Part shown: positions 47,924 through 60,545 of the stretch, piece by piece
Position numbering within the stretch: the stretch's first letter is position 1
Layout of the letters: each line of letters starts with the position of its first letter
From: Anaeramoeba ignava BMAN
Taxonomy: Eukaryota; Protista; Anaeramoebae
DNA length: 64,000 nt
Reading direction: 5' to 3'
NCBI GenBank assembly: GCA_028826165.1
Contig: JAPDFW010000066.1
Location: forward strand, 124,001 to 188,000
The notes under the pieces: generated by a model
Seen by the model: the letters and a program-made list of their open reading frames with translations, nothing else
Told to the model about the DNA's origin: nothing
Databases searched by the model: none
Program-made: the position numbers and the translations under genes

Positions 47924-50563
47924 TTATTTCTTTTCAGTAAAAATTTGGAAATCAATAATTCTGTGTCTTGTTTTAGAAAAAAATAATCCCATTTTCTTTA
48001 AAAACTCATCTTTAGAAACTCTCCAATTTTCCCAAAATTTTGAATTACCAAATAAAGGTTTATTAATTTCTTTTGGTAAATACTTGAAACCCCAAGAACA
48101 ATAGCAATTCAATAAAGTATCAGAAATGGAAAGATCATGATCTCCAAAAACTGGACCATAATTCACTGAATAAATTAATGCACAATTGTTTTTTTGATCT
48201 TTTTTTTTCAAATAAAGTATTCCATATTTCATTAATTGATCTTCTGTTAGTTTTTCTCCATTCACTTGAAGAACTGCAATAAATGAAGAATCATCTGGAA
48301 TGTAATAGTTTTCTTTTTCTGGTTTAAAATAATCAGTTATTGTTGAAAATGCTAAAATAATATCATTTGTTGTAGTTGTAAAAATCATAAACCATTTTCC
48401 TTTATTTTCTTCACAATTTCTTCGAAAATTTTGAATGGAAAATTGATCTTTTTTTGTTGAGAAAATTTGTTGATAATTTCCAAATGATTCGTTATTGAAT
48501 ATTTTTTTTAAATCCCCAAAATCATATTTCATTTCTTTATTTTCTTGTTTTGGAAGATCTTTGATTTTTGGATCAAATTTTCTTACTTCAAATGCTTTTT
48601 CAGGAAGTTTAAAATCGACATTAGTTTTAAGATCATTAATAAGCACATTTCTTTTTTTTTCTTTTTCTTCCTTATAATTTCCTTCAAGCCATGGAATTTT
48701 CGAACTAATATCAATATAATCTTTAAGTTTTTGAATTACTTCTTTTGATAAAATTTTGAAAGTATCAACACTTTCAATTTCTTCTTTTGGCATTAAAGGA
48801 AATCGTATTTTCTTTAGAAAATTTTCTCGAAATTTTTTTACTCCTTCTTCTTTTAATTCTCGGGGTCTATCTCTCCAAATATTTCTGAAATATCTTCCAT
48901 TTTCTCCATCAATTTGATAAATAATCCAATTTATTGCAAATTCAAACAAATCAAGTTCTGAAGTAATATTGATATTTTCCGAATCAAAAATTTCATCAAC
49001 AATTTTTTTGGGAAGTGATTTCCATTTTCTATCTTTAGAATGAATAATATCAGATAAATTGTGTTTCAAATAAGTGACTCCAGTTGAGAATAAAAGAGGA
49101 TTTTTTTGAATCCAAGGAATTTGAAGATATTCAATAACATTTCCATCTGTAAATGATTCTTTAATAAAATCTTCACACCAAAAATCAAGTTGTTCATTTT
49201 TAAGAAGTATTGAAGCTTTATGAACATCCAAAACATTTTGTTCACTAATATTAATTTCTCCAGTATAAATAAAGTCTAAAATTTGTTCAACAACTTCAGG
49301 TTTAATTGGTTCATATTTTGTTTCTTTTTCATTTTCATTTTCAACTATTTTTGTAAAATCAAGTGTAAATTTATTTTTTTTGTTTTCTGCTTCTATAATT
49401 TCTGGAATAAGTTGTGGGCATTGTAGGATAAGAAATGGTTTATGAATCTGTGTTTTTTGAATTTGAATTTGATTCTCAATTTGATTTTGAATTTGAATTT
49501 GATTTTGATTTTCAATTTGATTTTGAATTTGATTTTCATTTTGATTTTGATTTTGATTTTGATTTTGATTTTGATTTTGATTTTGATTTTGATTTTGATT
49601 TTGATTTTGATTTTGATTTTGATTTTCAATTTGATTTTGATTTTGGAATTTTTGATTTTTGAATTTTGAATTTTGAATTTGAATTTGATTTTGATTTTGA
49701 TTTTGATTATAGATTTTTCATTTTCATTTTGATTTTTGATTTTGATTTTGATTCTCATTTTGATTTTGAATTTGATTTTCATTTTCATTTTCATTTTGAA
49801 TTTGATTTTTTGATTTCGATTTTGATTTTATTTTTGATTTTGATTTTCATTTTGATTTTGATTTTTATTTTGATTTTTTGATTTTCCTTTTTTTGAATTT
49901 GATTTTCAATTTGACTTAAATAATTTTTTTTCTTTTTATTTAAAATTTTTGTTGTTTTTAAAAATTTTGATTGAAAAATTTTGATTTTGATTTTGATTTT
50001 GATTTTGATTTTTTGATTTTTTGATTTTCATTTTGATTTTGATTTTCATTTTGATTTTTATTTTTATTTTGATTTTGATTTTGATTTTGATTTTGATTTT
50101 GATTTTCATTTTGATTTTGATTTTGATATTGATTTTGAATTTGATTTTCATTTTGATTTTTATTTTCATTTTGATTTTGATTTTGAATTTGATTTTGATT
50201 TTGATTTTGATTATTTAGATTTTCATTTTCATTTTGATTTTGATTTTGATTTTGATTTTGAATTTGAATTTGATTTTTATTTTCATTTTTATTTTTATTT
50301 TGATTTTGAATTTGATTTTGATTTTGATTTTGATTTTGATTATTTAGATTTTTATTTTCATTTTGATTTTGATTTTGATTTTGATTTTGATTTTGATTTT
50401 GATTTTGATTTTGAATTTGATTTCCATTTTCTTTTTCTGATATAATAACTTCAATTTCTGCACTTTCTATTTTATTTCTCCAATTTTCAAATTCAATAAA
50501 TAATTTTTCTAAATTGTTTCGAAATCTTTTTTCTTTTTTATTTAAAATTTGTTGTTGTTCCAT
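47924..50563 (-). CDS. BTB-BACK-TLDc tandem copy 3, with a distinct N-terminus and a ~1-kb Asn-Gln microsatellite inside the BTB domain; frame-disrupted (assembly error or pseudogene)
   Basis: The 47924-49231 frame stays open upstream through [16 protein letters not shown] and QN repeats to a TGA near 49725. ORF 49958-50563 (MEQQQ...[19 protein letters not shown]...) has a TCATTTT cluster upstream and supplies the first BTB strand. Confidence 0.65.
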
Positions 50564-50982
50564 TAAAAAAAAAATGAAAAATGAAAAATGAAAAATGAAA
50601 AATGAAAAATGAAATTGAAATTTAAATTGATTTTGAAATTGAAATTTAAATTGATTTTGAATTTAAATTTGATTTTGAAATTGATTTTGATTTTGAATTT
50701 GATTTTGATTTTGATTTTGATTTTGAAATTGAAATTGATTTTGAAATTGAATTTGAAATTGATTTTGAATTTGAAATTGAATTTGAAATTGATTTTGAAT
50801 TTGAAATTGAATTTGAAATTGATTTTAAATTTGAAATTGAATTTGAAATTGATTTTGAATTTGAAATTGAATTTGAAATTGATTTTGAAATTGATTTTGA
50901 ATTTGAAATTGATTTTGATTTTGAAATTGAAATTGATTTTGAAATTGATTTTGAATTTGAATTTGAATTTGGTTTTGAAGAA

Positions 50983-52793
50983 TTAATATTTTTTAGTAAA
51001 AATTTGGAAATCAACGATTCTGTGTCTTGTTTTAGAAAAAAATAATCCCATTTTGTTTTCAAAAATATCGATAGAAGTATACCAATTTTCCCAAAATTTT
51101 GAATCACTAAATAAAGGTTTATTAATTTCTTTTGGTAAATACTCAGAACCCCAATAACAATAGCAACTCAATAAAGTATCAGAAATGGCAAGATCATAAT
51201 CTCCAAAAATTGGACCATAATTCACTGAATAAATTAATGCACAATTATTTTTTTGATCATCTTTTTTTTTCAAATAAAGTATTCCATATTTCATTAATTG
51301 ATCTTCTGTTAGTTTTTCTCCATTCACTTGAAGAACTGCAATAAATGAAGAATCATCTGGAATGTGATAGTTTTCTTTTCCTGGTTTAAAATAATCAGTT
51401 ATTGTTGAAAATGCTAAAATAATATCATTTGTTATAGTTGTAAAAATCATAAACCATTTTCCTTTATTTTCTTCACAATTTTTCCGGAGATTTTGAATGG
51501 AAAATTGTTCTTTGTTTGTTGAGAAAATTTGTTTGTAATCTCCAAGTGATTCATTCTTAAATATTTTTTTTAAATATTCTAAATCATATTCCATTTCTTT
51601 ATTTGTTTGTTTTGGAAGATCTTTGATTTTTGGATCAAACTTTCTTTCTTCAAATGCTTCTTCAGGAAGTTGAAAATCAATAAAATCATTAGTTTTAAGA
51701 TAATTAATAAGCATATCCCTTTTTTTTCTTTTTCTTCCTTTGATTTTTTTTCAAGCCATGGAATTTTCGAACTAATATCAATATAATCTTTAAGTTTTTG
51801 AATTACTTCTTTTGGTAAAATTCCGAAAGTATCAACACCTTCAATTTCTTCTTTTGACATTAAAGGAAATCGTATTTTCTTTAGAAAAGTGTATTGAGGT
51901 TTGTCTTTGGGTTTGTCTTTGGGTTTGTCTTCGGGTTTGTCTTTGGGTTTGTCTTTGGGTTTGTCTTTGGGTTTGTCTTTGGGTTTGTCTTCGGATTTGT
52001 CTTGGAATTGTTCTTGGAATGCTTTTTTGATTTTATCACTAATTTTTCTTGGTCTTTTTCTTAACAGATTCGTAAAATCTCTTCCATTTTCTCCATCAAT
52101 TTGATAAATAATCCAATTTATTGCAAATTCAAACAAATCAAGTTCTGAATAAATATTGATATTTTTCGAATCAAAAATTTTATCAACAACTTGTTTTGGA
52201 AGTGTTTTCCATTTTCTATCTTTAGAATGAATAATATCAGATAAATTGTGCTCCAAATAAGTGATTGCAGTTGAAAATAAAAGAGGATTTTTTTGAATCC
52301 AAGGAATCTGAAGATATTCAATAACATTTCCATCTGTAAATGATTCTTTAATAAAATCTTCACACCAAAAATCAAGTTGTTCATTTTTAAGGAGTATTGA
52401 AGCTTTATGAACATCCAAAACATTTTGTTGGTTAATATTAATTTCTCCAGTGTAAATAAAGTCTAAAATTTGTTCAACAACTTCAGGTTTAATTGGTTCA
52501 TATTTTGTTTCTTTTTCATTTTCATTTTCAACTATTTTTGTAAAATCAAGTGTAAATTTAATTTTTTTGTTTTCTGCTTCTATAATTTCTGGAATAAGTT
52601 GTGGGCATTGGTGAATAAGAAATTCTTTATGAATCTGTGTTTCATCTTCATTTTCATTTTCTTTTTCTTTTTCCTTTTCTTTTTCCTTTTCTTTTTTTGA
52701 TCCAATAACTTTTATTGATAGTTTATTTGTTTTTTCTTTTCTTATTTTCCGAAAATCAGAAATTAAATCAACAAAATTTGATTTAGCTAACAT
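50983..52793 (-). CDS. BTB-BACK-TLDc tandem copy 4; one apparent frameshift; (KPKD)n insert
   Basis: Starts MLAKSNFVDL at 52793. The A8 run at ~51720-51727 needs A9 to read KKRDMLINY as in the paralogs, which joins ORFs 51579-52922 and 50983-51714. Confidence 0.8.
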
Positions 52794-52977
52794 TTTTAAT
52801 TTTTTTAAAATGAAAAAAAATGAAAAATAAAAATCCACTTTATATTTTTTTTTTCTTTTATTTTCCTTTTTTTGATTTGAATTGATTTGAATTGATTTCC
52901 AATTAAAAAATTGAAATTCCATTTTGCTTTTTTTTTTTCCGTTTTCTTTCTTTTGGAAAATTTAATTAAAAAAAAAA

Positions 52978-54951
52978 TTATTTCTTTTCAGAAAAAATTT
53001 GAAAATCAATAATTCTGTGTTTTGTTTTAGAAAAAAATAATCCCATTTTCTTTAAAAACTCATCTTTAGAAACTCTCCAATTTTCCCAAAACTTTGAATC
53101 ATTGAATAAAGGTTTATCCATTTGTTTTGGTAAATACTCAGAACCCCAATAACAATAGCAATCCAATAAAGTATCAGAAACTCCAAGATCGTAATTTCCA
53201 AAAATTGGGCCATGATCAAGAACAGGAATCAATGAATGGTTTTCTTGATCATCTTTTTTATTCAAATAAAGTATTCCATATTTTTTTAATTGTTTTTCTG
53301 TTAGTTTTTCTCCATTCACTTGAAGAACTGCAATAAATGAAGAATCATCTGAAATGTAATTAACATCTTCTTTTTCTGGTTTAAAATAATCAATTATTGT
53401 TGAAAATGCTAAAATGATATCATTTGTTATAGTTGTAAAAATCATAAACCATTTTTTCTCAATTGTGCTGCATCTTCTTTGTAGGTTTTCAATTGAAAAA
53501 TTATGCTTTTTTGTTGAGAAAATTTGTTCGTAATTTCCAAGTGATTCATTCTTGAATATTTTCTTTAAATTTCCAAAATCATATTCCATTTCTTTATTTG
53601 TTTGTTTTGGAAGATCTTTGATTTTTGGATCAAATTTTCTTACTTCAAATGCTTTTTCAGGAATTTGATATTGAGTAGCATTATTTTTAAGGTATTCCTT
53701 AAGACCTTGCTTTTTTTCTTCGTATTTTTCTTTTCTTAATTTTTTCTTTGTCTCGATATTGTTTTGATTTTCATTTTGATTTTCATTTTGATTTTCATTT
53801 TGATTTTCATTTTGAATTTGATTTTCATTTTCATTTTGATTTTCAGTTTCAGTTTCAGTTTCAGTTTCATCAGTTTCATCCTCAGTTTCATCATTCCAAT
53901 AAATAGATGAATTTTTAATAACAACATAAGTTATAAGTTTTTGAATTAATTCGTCTGGAAAAATTCCGAAAGTATCAACACCTTCAATTTCTGCTTTTGA
54001 CATTAAAGGAAATCGTATTTTTTTCAGGAAATTTTTTTTGAATTCTTCCTTGATTTGATTATTAATTTCTCTTGATCTTTTTCTTGAAATATTTCTATGT
54101 TTTTTTGCATTTTCATCAATTTGATAAGCAACCCAATTTATTGCAAATTCAAACAGATCAAGTTCTGAATTAATATTGATATTTTTCGAAGAAAAAATAT
54201 GGTCAACAATTTGTTTTGGAAGTGATCTCCATTCCATTTCTCTAGAATGAATAATATCAGATAAATTGTGCTTCAAATAAGTGATTGCAGCTGAAAATAA
54301 AAGAGGATTTTTTTGAATCCAAGGAATTTGAAGATATTCAATAACATTCTTATTTGTGAATGATTCGTTAACAAAATAATCACACCAAGAGGCAAGTTGT
54401 TCATTTTTAAGAACTATTGAAGCTTTATGAACATCCAAAACATTTTGTTCATTAATATTAATTTCGCCAGTGTAAATAAAGTTCAAAATTTGTTCAACAA
54501 CTTCAGGTTTAACTGATTCATATTTTGGTTCATTTTCTTTTTTGTCTTGATTTTCTTGATTTTCTTGATTTTCTTTTTTTTCTTCTTTTTCTTCTTTTTC
54601 TTCTTTTTCTTCATTTTCTTGATTTTCTTCTTTTCCTTCCCTACTATTAAATTCAACAATTGATTTGATATTTTCTTCAATATTTGTTTTTTCAACTGGT
54701 ATTTGTGTAAAATCAAGTGTGTAATTTATTTCGAATTTTTCTTTTTCTTTTTCTGATTCATTGTTCTTATTTTTTTCTGCTTGTAAAATTTCTTCGCGCA
54801 ATTCTGAACTTTGAAGAAAAACAAACTCTTTATGAATCATTTCTTTTTCGTCTTTTGGTTTGATAACTAAAATTGTTTTATTTCCTTCATGTGATTTTCT
54901 TATTTTACGGAAATCAGAAGTTAAATCAACGATATTTGGTTTAAATGACAT
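52978..54951 (-). CDS. BTB-BACK-TLDc tandem copy 5 with two acidic/QN low-complexity inserts
   Basis: Starts MSFKPNIVDLTSDFRKIRK at 54951; same domain motifs as copies 1-4. Confidence 0.88.
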   Translation of the reverse strand: MSFKPNIVDLTSDFRKIRKSHEGNKTILVIKPKDEKEMIHKEFVFLQSSELREEILQAEKNKNNESEKEKEKFEINYTLDFTQIPVEKTNIEENIKSIVEFNSREGKEENQENEEKEEKEEKEEKKENQENQENQDKKENEPKYESVKPEVVEQILNFIYTGEININEQNVLDVHKASIVLKNEQLASWCDYFVNESFTNKNVIEYLQIPWIQKNPLLFSAAITYLKHNLSDIIHSREMEWRSLPKQIVDHIFSSKNININSELDLFEFAINWVAYQIDENAKKHRNISRKRSREINNQIKEEFKKNFLKKIRFPLMSKAEIEGVDTFGIFPDELIQKLITYVVIKNSSIYWNDETEDETDETETETETENQNENENQIQNENQNENQNENQNENQNNIETKKKLRKEKYEEKKQGLKEYLKNNATQYQIPEKAFEVRKFDPKIKDLPKQTNKEMEYDFGNLKKIFKNESLGNYEQIFSTKKHNFSIENLQRRCSTIEKKWFMIFTTITNDIILAFSTIIDYFKPEKEDVNYISDDSSFIAVLQVNGEKLTEKQLKKYGILYLNKKDDQENHSLIPVLDHGPIFGNYDLGVSDTLLDCYCYWGSEYLPKQMDKPLFNDSKFWENWRVSKDEFLKKMGLFFSKTKHRIIDFQIFSEKK

Positions 54952-55250
54952 ATTAAATTGTGTTAAATTTGTTTTAATAAATTTATTTTTTTTTATTAAA
55001 TTTTGTAAAAAAAAAAAAGGAAAAAAATGAAAAAGCAAAAAATTTTTTTTTCCGTTTTTTTTTTTTATTCAAATTTTTTTTTCCTCTTTTAATTTTAAAT
55101 TTTATAAATTGAATTTAAAATAAATTGAATTTAAAATAAATTGAATTGAAAAATAAATTGAAAATAAATTGAATTGAAAATTGAATTGAAAATAAATTGA
55201 AAATAAATTGAAAATAAAGAAAGAAAAAAAAAGAAGAATAAGAATAAGAA

Positions 55251-57407
55251 TCATTTAACCAAAAGATTTTTAGGAGGGAAAACTGAATTAACACCCATAT
55301 TTTTAAGGGTTTGAATTAAAGAAATTGGAGAAGGATAGTAATAAATTCTAGTTTTAGGATTTCCAAAAATAAAAGTCATTGTTTCAATATACTTCAAGCA
55401 TAATAAATAACGGATGGGGTCTCCACCTTGTTGAGAAACAACTCTTGCGATTTCGCGAATGGTTCTTGCTTCAGCATTAGCTTGATTGATGATGCTTGCG
55501 GACAGACCACGGGATCGAGCAATTGCCTCCTGCATTTTTCCTTGTTGACTGCGAATATCAGAATCTCTTTTACCTTCCGATTCAATTACTGCTGATTGTT
55601 TTTGAGCTCGCGCATCAATAATCACTTTGGAATTGTTCAGTTGCGCTTCTTTTTGCTTGCTAAATGAGCTATCGATTCTTGGTACGTGAACATGTTGCAC
55701 TTTTACAAAATCAATGTGTACTCCCCATCGAACTACTTCCGAATCAATGAATCCTGCTACTGTTCCTACTGATGTAGTGTCTTCTATTATTTGATCAACT
55801 GTTAGTGAAGCTGCCATGTTTCGTACGTAGGATTGAAGCATCTTGCTTAATACTAATGGTAAATTGTATACTGAATAGATCATGTTCTTCGTGTTGGTTA
55901 TTTTGTATGATAATATGCAATCTAAATGAACATCTGTAAAACATCATTTTTAATTTTTAATTTTATAAATGAATTTTAATTTTATAAATTTTATAAATGA
56001 ATTTTAATTTTATAAATGAATTTAATTTCATAAATAAATTTAAATTTTATAAATGAATTTTATATTTAATTTTATAAATGAATTGAATTTTATAAATGAA
56101 TTATTTTATAAATGAATTTAATTTTATAAATGAATTTTAATTTTATAAATGAATTTAAATTTTATAAATGAATTTTAATTTTATAAATGAATTTAAATTT
56201 TAATTTTATAAATGAATTTAAATTTTATAAATGAATTTAATTTTATAAATGAATTTAATTTTATAAATGAATTTATAAATGAATTTTATAAATGAATTTA
56301 ATTTTATAAATGAATTTAATTTTATAAATGAATTTTATTTTATAAATGAATTTAAATTTTATAAATGAATTATTTTATAAATGAATTTTAATTTTATAAA
56401 TTAATTTTTATGAATTATTTTATAAATGAATTTAAATTTTATAAATGAATTTAAATTTTATAAATGAATTTTAATTTTATAAATAAATTTTAATTTTATA
56501 AATAAATTTAAATTTTATAAATGAATTTAAATTTTATAAATAAATTTTAATTTAAATTTTATAAATAAATTTAATTTTTAAATAAATTTTAAATTTTATA
56601 AATGAATTTAATTTAAATTTTATAAATAAATTTAATTTAAATTTTATAAATAAATTTAATTTAAATTTTATAAATAAATTTAATTTAAATTTTTAAATAA
56701 TTTAAATTTTATAAATAAATTTAATTTAAATTTTATAAATAAATTTAATTTAAATTTTATAAATAAATTTTATAAATGAATTTAAATTTTATAAATGAAT
56801 TTTAATTTTATAAATAAATTATAATTTTATAAATGAATTTTAATTTTATAAATGAATTTAATTTTATAAATAAATTTAAATTTTATAAATGAATTATTTT
56901 ATAAATGAATTTAATTTTATAAATGAATTTTAATTTTATAAATAAATTTTATAAATGAATTTTGGATTTTAAATAATTACTCGCACTATCACTTGTAATC
57001 ACACTTGTACTTGGAAAATCAATAACTTCACTTTGTGTACTTATCTTTTTCTTTGTTTGTTGGATTTTAGTTGTTCTTCCTGTTCGAAGATCAGAAACAA
57101 AATAAGATTGATGATAACCTTTAATTCTATCTGCAAAAGGAGCAATAAAATGAACACCAGCAAGTAAAGTTTTCTTATATTTACCAAATCTCTCAACAAT
57201 AACCTCTTCTCTTTCATGAACCAAAACAAAACATTTCTTGACATTTTAAAAGAAAAAAAAGTGTAAAAAAGAATTAATTGAATTAAAATTTTTTTCACCT
57301 TTTGCTTTTTTTTTTTTGCTTTTTTTTTTTTAATTGTTTACAAATAATAAAATTAAAAAGATTATCGCCACAATTGGAATAACAATTAAAACCAAATTTG
57401 AAGCCAT
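55251..57407 (-). CDS. SPFH/Band-7 (stomatin-like, SLP-2/paraslipin/QmcA type) membrane protein, 3 exons
   Basis: N-terminal TM (MASNLVLIVIPIVAIIFLILLF), VHEREEVIVERFGKYKKTLLAGVHFIAPFADRI, VITSDSANVHLDCILSYKI, RWGVHIDFV, AVIESEGKRDSDIRSQQGKMQEAI; introns ~57233-57341 and ~55934-56980. Confidence 0.85.
55940..56975. repeat. Intronic minisatellite (TTTATAAATGAATTT(T)AA)n, ~1 kb
   Basis: Fills SPFH intron 2. Confidence 0.9.
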
Positions 57408-57631
57408 TATGTAAAATGATTTAAATTAAAAAAATTTTGTTTGGACTATTCAAAAAAAAAATAATAAAAATGAAAAAAAAAATGAAAAAAAAAATGAAAA
57501 AAATTTTTTTAATTCGTTAAAAAGAAAAAAGAAAAAAAAAACAAAAGGAGAAAAATTTGATTTAATTTTCTTATTCCACTTTTTTTTCCTTTCAATAATC
57601 AAAATTATTTGAATTAAAATTAATTTTTTAT

Positions 57632-60422
57632 TTAATTTTTGGATTCTTTTGTATTTGGAATCAAAAAAGGTTGTTGATTTTCTTGATTATAATGAAAATA
57701 TTGAAAAATACAAGTTAAATCATTTCCAATTTGAAATAAACAACCAACAAAAAAAGGATATGGAGATTGATCAATTATAAAATAAATGAATTTAATAAAA
57801 TCTCCAATAATCCAAGTTAAAAAAAGGAAAAGAGTAACACCTTCAGTTGATTTTCGTTTGTAATTTTTATATACTTGAAAACTACCTGCAGAACTTTCAA
57901 GAAAAAGTGATAAATATCCAATAAAAGCAAAATAAAATCTTCCCCAAAAGAAAAATCAAGAATTGAACTAAATCAATTTTAAAATAAATCAAATCAAATC
58001 AAATTTAAATCAATATTTTAAATCAAATTTAAATCAATATTTAAATCAATATTTAAATCAATTTAGAAACAAATATTTAAATCAATATTTAAATCAATAT
58101 TTAAATCAATATTTAAATTAATTTAGAAATCAATTTAGAAATCAATATTTAAATCAATATTTAAATCAATATTTAAATTAATATTTAAATTAATATTTAA
58201 ATAAATTTAGAAATCAATATTTAAATCAATTTTTAAATCAATTTAGAAATCAATATTTAAATCAATTTTTAAATCAATTTAGAAATCAATATTTAAATCA
58301 ATTTTTAAATCAATTTAGAAATCAATTTAGAAATAAATATTTAAATCAATTAGAAACAAATATTTAAATCAATATTTAAATCAATATTTAAATCTAATAT
58401 TTAAATTAATATTTAATTCAAATATTTAAATTAATATTCAAAAATATTTAAATTAATATTTAAATCAATATTTAAATCAATATTTAAATCAATATTTAAA
58501 TCAATATTTAAATCAATATTTAAATCAATATTTAAATTAATATATTTAAATTAATATTTAAATTAAATTTAAATTAATATTTAAAATCAATATTTAAATC
58601 AATTTAGAAATCAATATTTAAATCAATATTTAAAATCAATATTTAAATTAATATTTAAATTAATATTTAAATCAATATTTAAATCAATTTAGAAATCAAT
58701 ATTTAAATCAATATTTAAATCAATATTTAAATCAATATTTAAATCAATATTTAAATCAATATTTAAATCAATATTTAAATCAATTTAGAAATCAATATTT
58801 AAATCAATATTTAAATCAATATTTAAATCAATATTTAAATCAATATTTAAATCAATATTTAAATTAATATTTAAATTAATATTCAAATTAATATTTAAAT
58901 TAATATTTAAATCAATATTTAAATTAATATTTAAATTAATATTTAATTCAATATTTAATTCAATATTTAATTCAATATATTTAAAATCAATTTAGAAATC
59001 AATATTTAAATTAATATTTTAAATCAATATTTAAATTAATTTAGAAATCAATTTAGAAATATTTAGAAATCAATTCAGAAACAAATATTTAAATCAATAT
59101 TTTAAATATTTAAAATCAATAATTAAATCAATATTTAAATCAATAATTAAATCAATATTTAAATTAATATTTAAATCAATTTAGAAATCAATTTAGAAAT
59201 CAATTTAGAAATCAATTTAGAAATCAATTTAGAAATCAATTTAGAAATCAATTTAGAAATCAATATTTAAATCAATATTTTAAATCAATATTTAAATTAA
59301 TATTTAAATCAATATTTAAATTAATATTTAAATCAATATTTCAATAATTAAATATTTAAATCAATATTTAAATCAATTTAGAAATCAATATTTAAATTAA
59401 TATTCAAATCAATATTTAAATTAATATTTAAATCAATTTAGAAATCAATATTTAAATCAATTAATATTTAAATTTAAATCAATATTTAAATCAATATTTA
59501 AATCAATATTTAAATTAATATTTTTAAATCAATTTTTAAATTAATATTTAAATCAATATTTAAATTAATATTTAAATCAATATTTAAATCAATATTTAAA
59601 TCAATAATTAAATCAATATTTAAATCAATAATTAAATCAATATTTAAATCAATATTTAAATCAATTTAGAAATAAATATTTAAATCAATATTTAAATCAA
59701 TATTTAAATCAATATTTAAATCAATATTTAAATCAATATTTAAATCAATATTTAAATCAATATTTAAATCAATATTTAAATCAATATTTAATTCAATATT
59801 TAATTCAATATTTAAATCAATATTTAAATCAATTTAGAAATCAATATTTAAATCAATATTTAAATTAATATTTAAATTAATATTTAAATCAATATTTAAA
59901 TTAATATTTAAATCAATTTAGAAATCAATATTTAAATCAATATTTAAATAAATATTTAAATTAATATTTAAATTAATATTTAAATCAATTTAGAAATCAA
60001 TATTTAAATCAATTTAGAAATCAATTTAGAAATCAATTTAGAAATCAAATTTAAATTTAGAAACCATAAGGAATAAAATTTGACCAGTTCCAAAAATGTT
60101 GTAAAAAATCATCAAAATTATCAAAAAAATCAAATCCATTAAAAAATCGAGAATCCATTCTATATTTAATAACATATCTTAACAAAATAACTTGAACAGT
60201 AATCATACAAATAGATTGTAAAACCAAAGCTTGTGAAAAACGATTCCCAAACCAAAAATAGATTCTTAATATATTACTTGTTGTTAAAATTAAACACAAA
60301 TAAGAAGAAAAACCTTCTGAAGATTTGGTTTTTAAAATTTTCATTAATTGATAAATAAAACCTGATACTGGACCAAATACCATAAAAATATCAAACAGAA
60401 ACTGAAACATTTCAAGAAACAT
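57632..60422 (-). CDS. PQ-loop membrane protein (PQLC1/SLC66A2-like), 2 exons; frame break at the start of exon 2
   Basis: FGPVSGFIYQLMKILKTKSSEGFSSYLCLILTTSNILRIYFWFG...LQS...FWNWSNF; exon 2 GYLSLFLESSAGSFQVYKNYKRKSTEGV...WIIGDFIKFIYF...GCLFQIGND. ~2.1-kb intron at ~57968-60064. Confidence 0.8.
57975..60055. repeat. Intronic 12-bp minisatellite (AATCAATATTTA / AATCAATTTAGA)n, ~2.1 kb
   Basis: Fills the PQ-loop gene intron. Confidence 0.92.
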
Positions 60423-60545
60423 TACAAAAGAAAAAAAAATGAAAAACCAAATTTCAAATTTCAAAAAAAAAAAAATCAAAATCTTCTTTGATTTTTGTGT
60501 TGTTTATTTTGATTTTTTTTTCGTTTTGAAAAAATGATTGATTCT

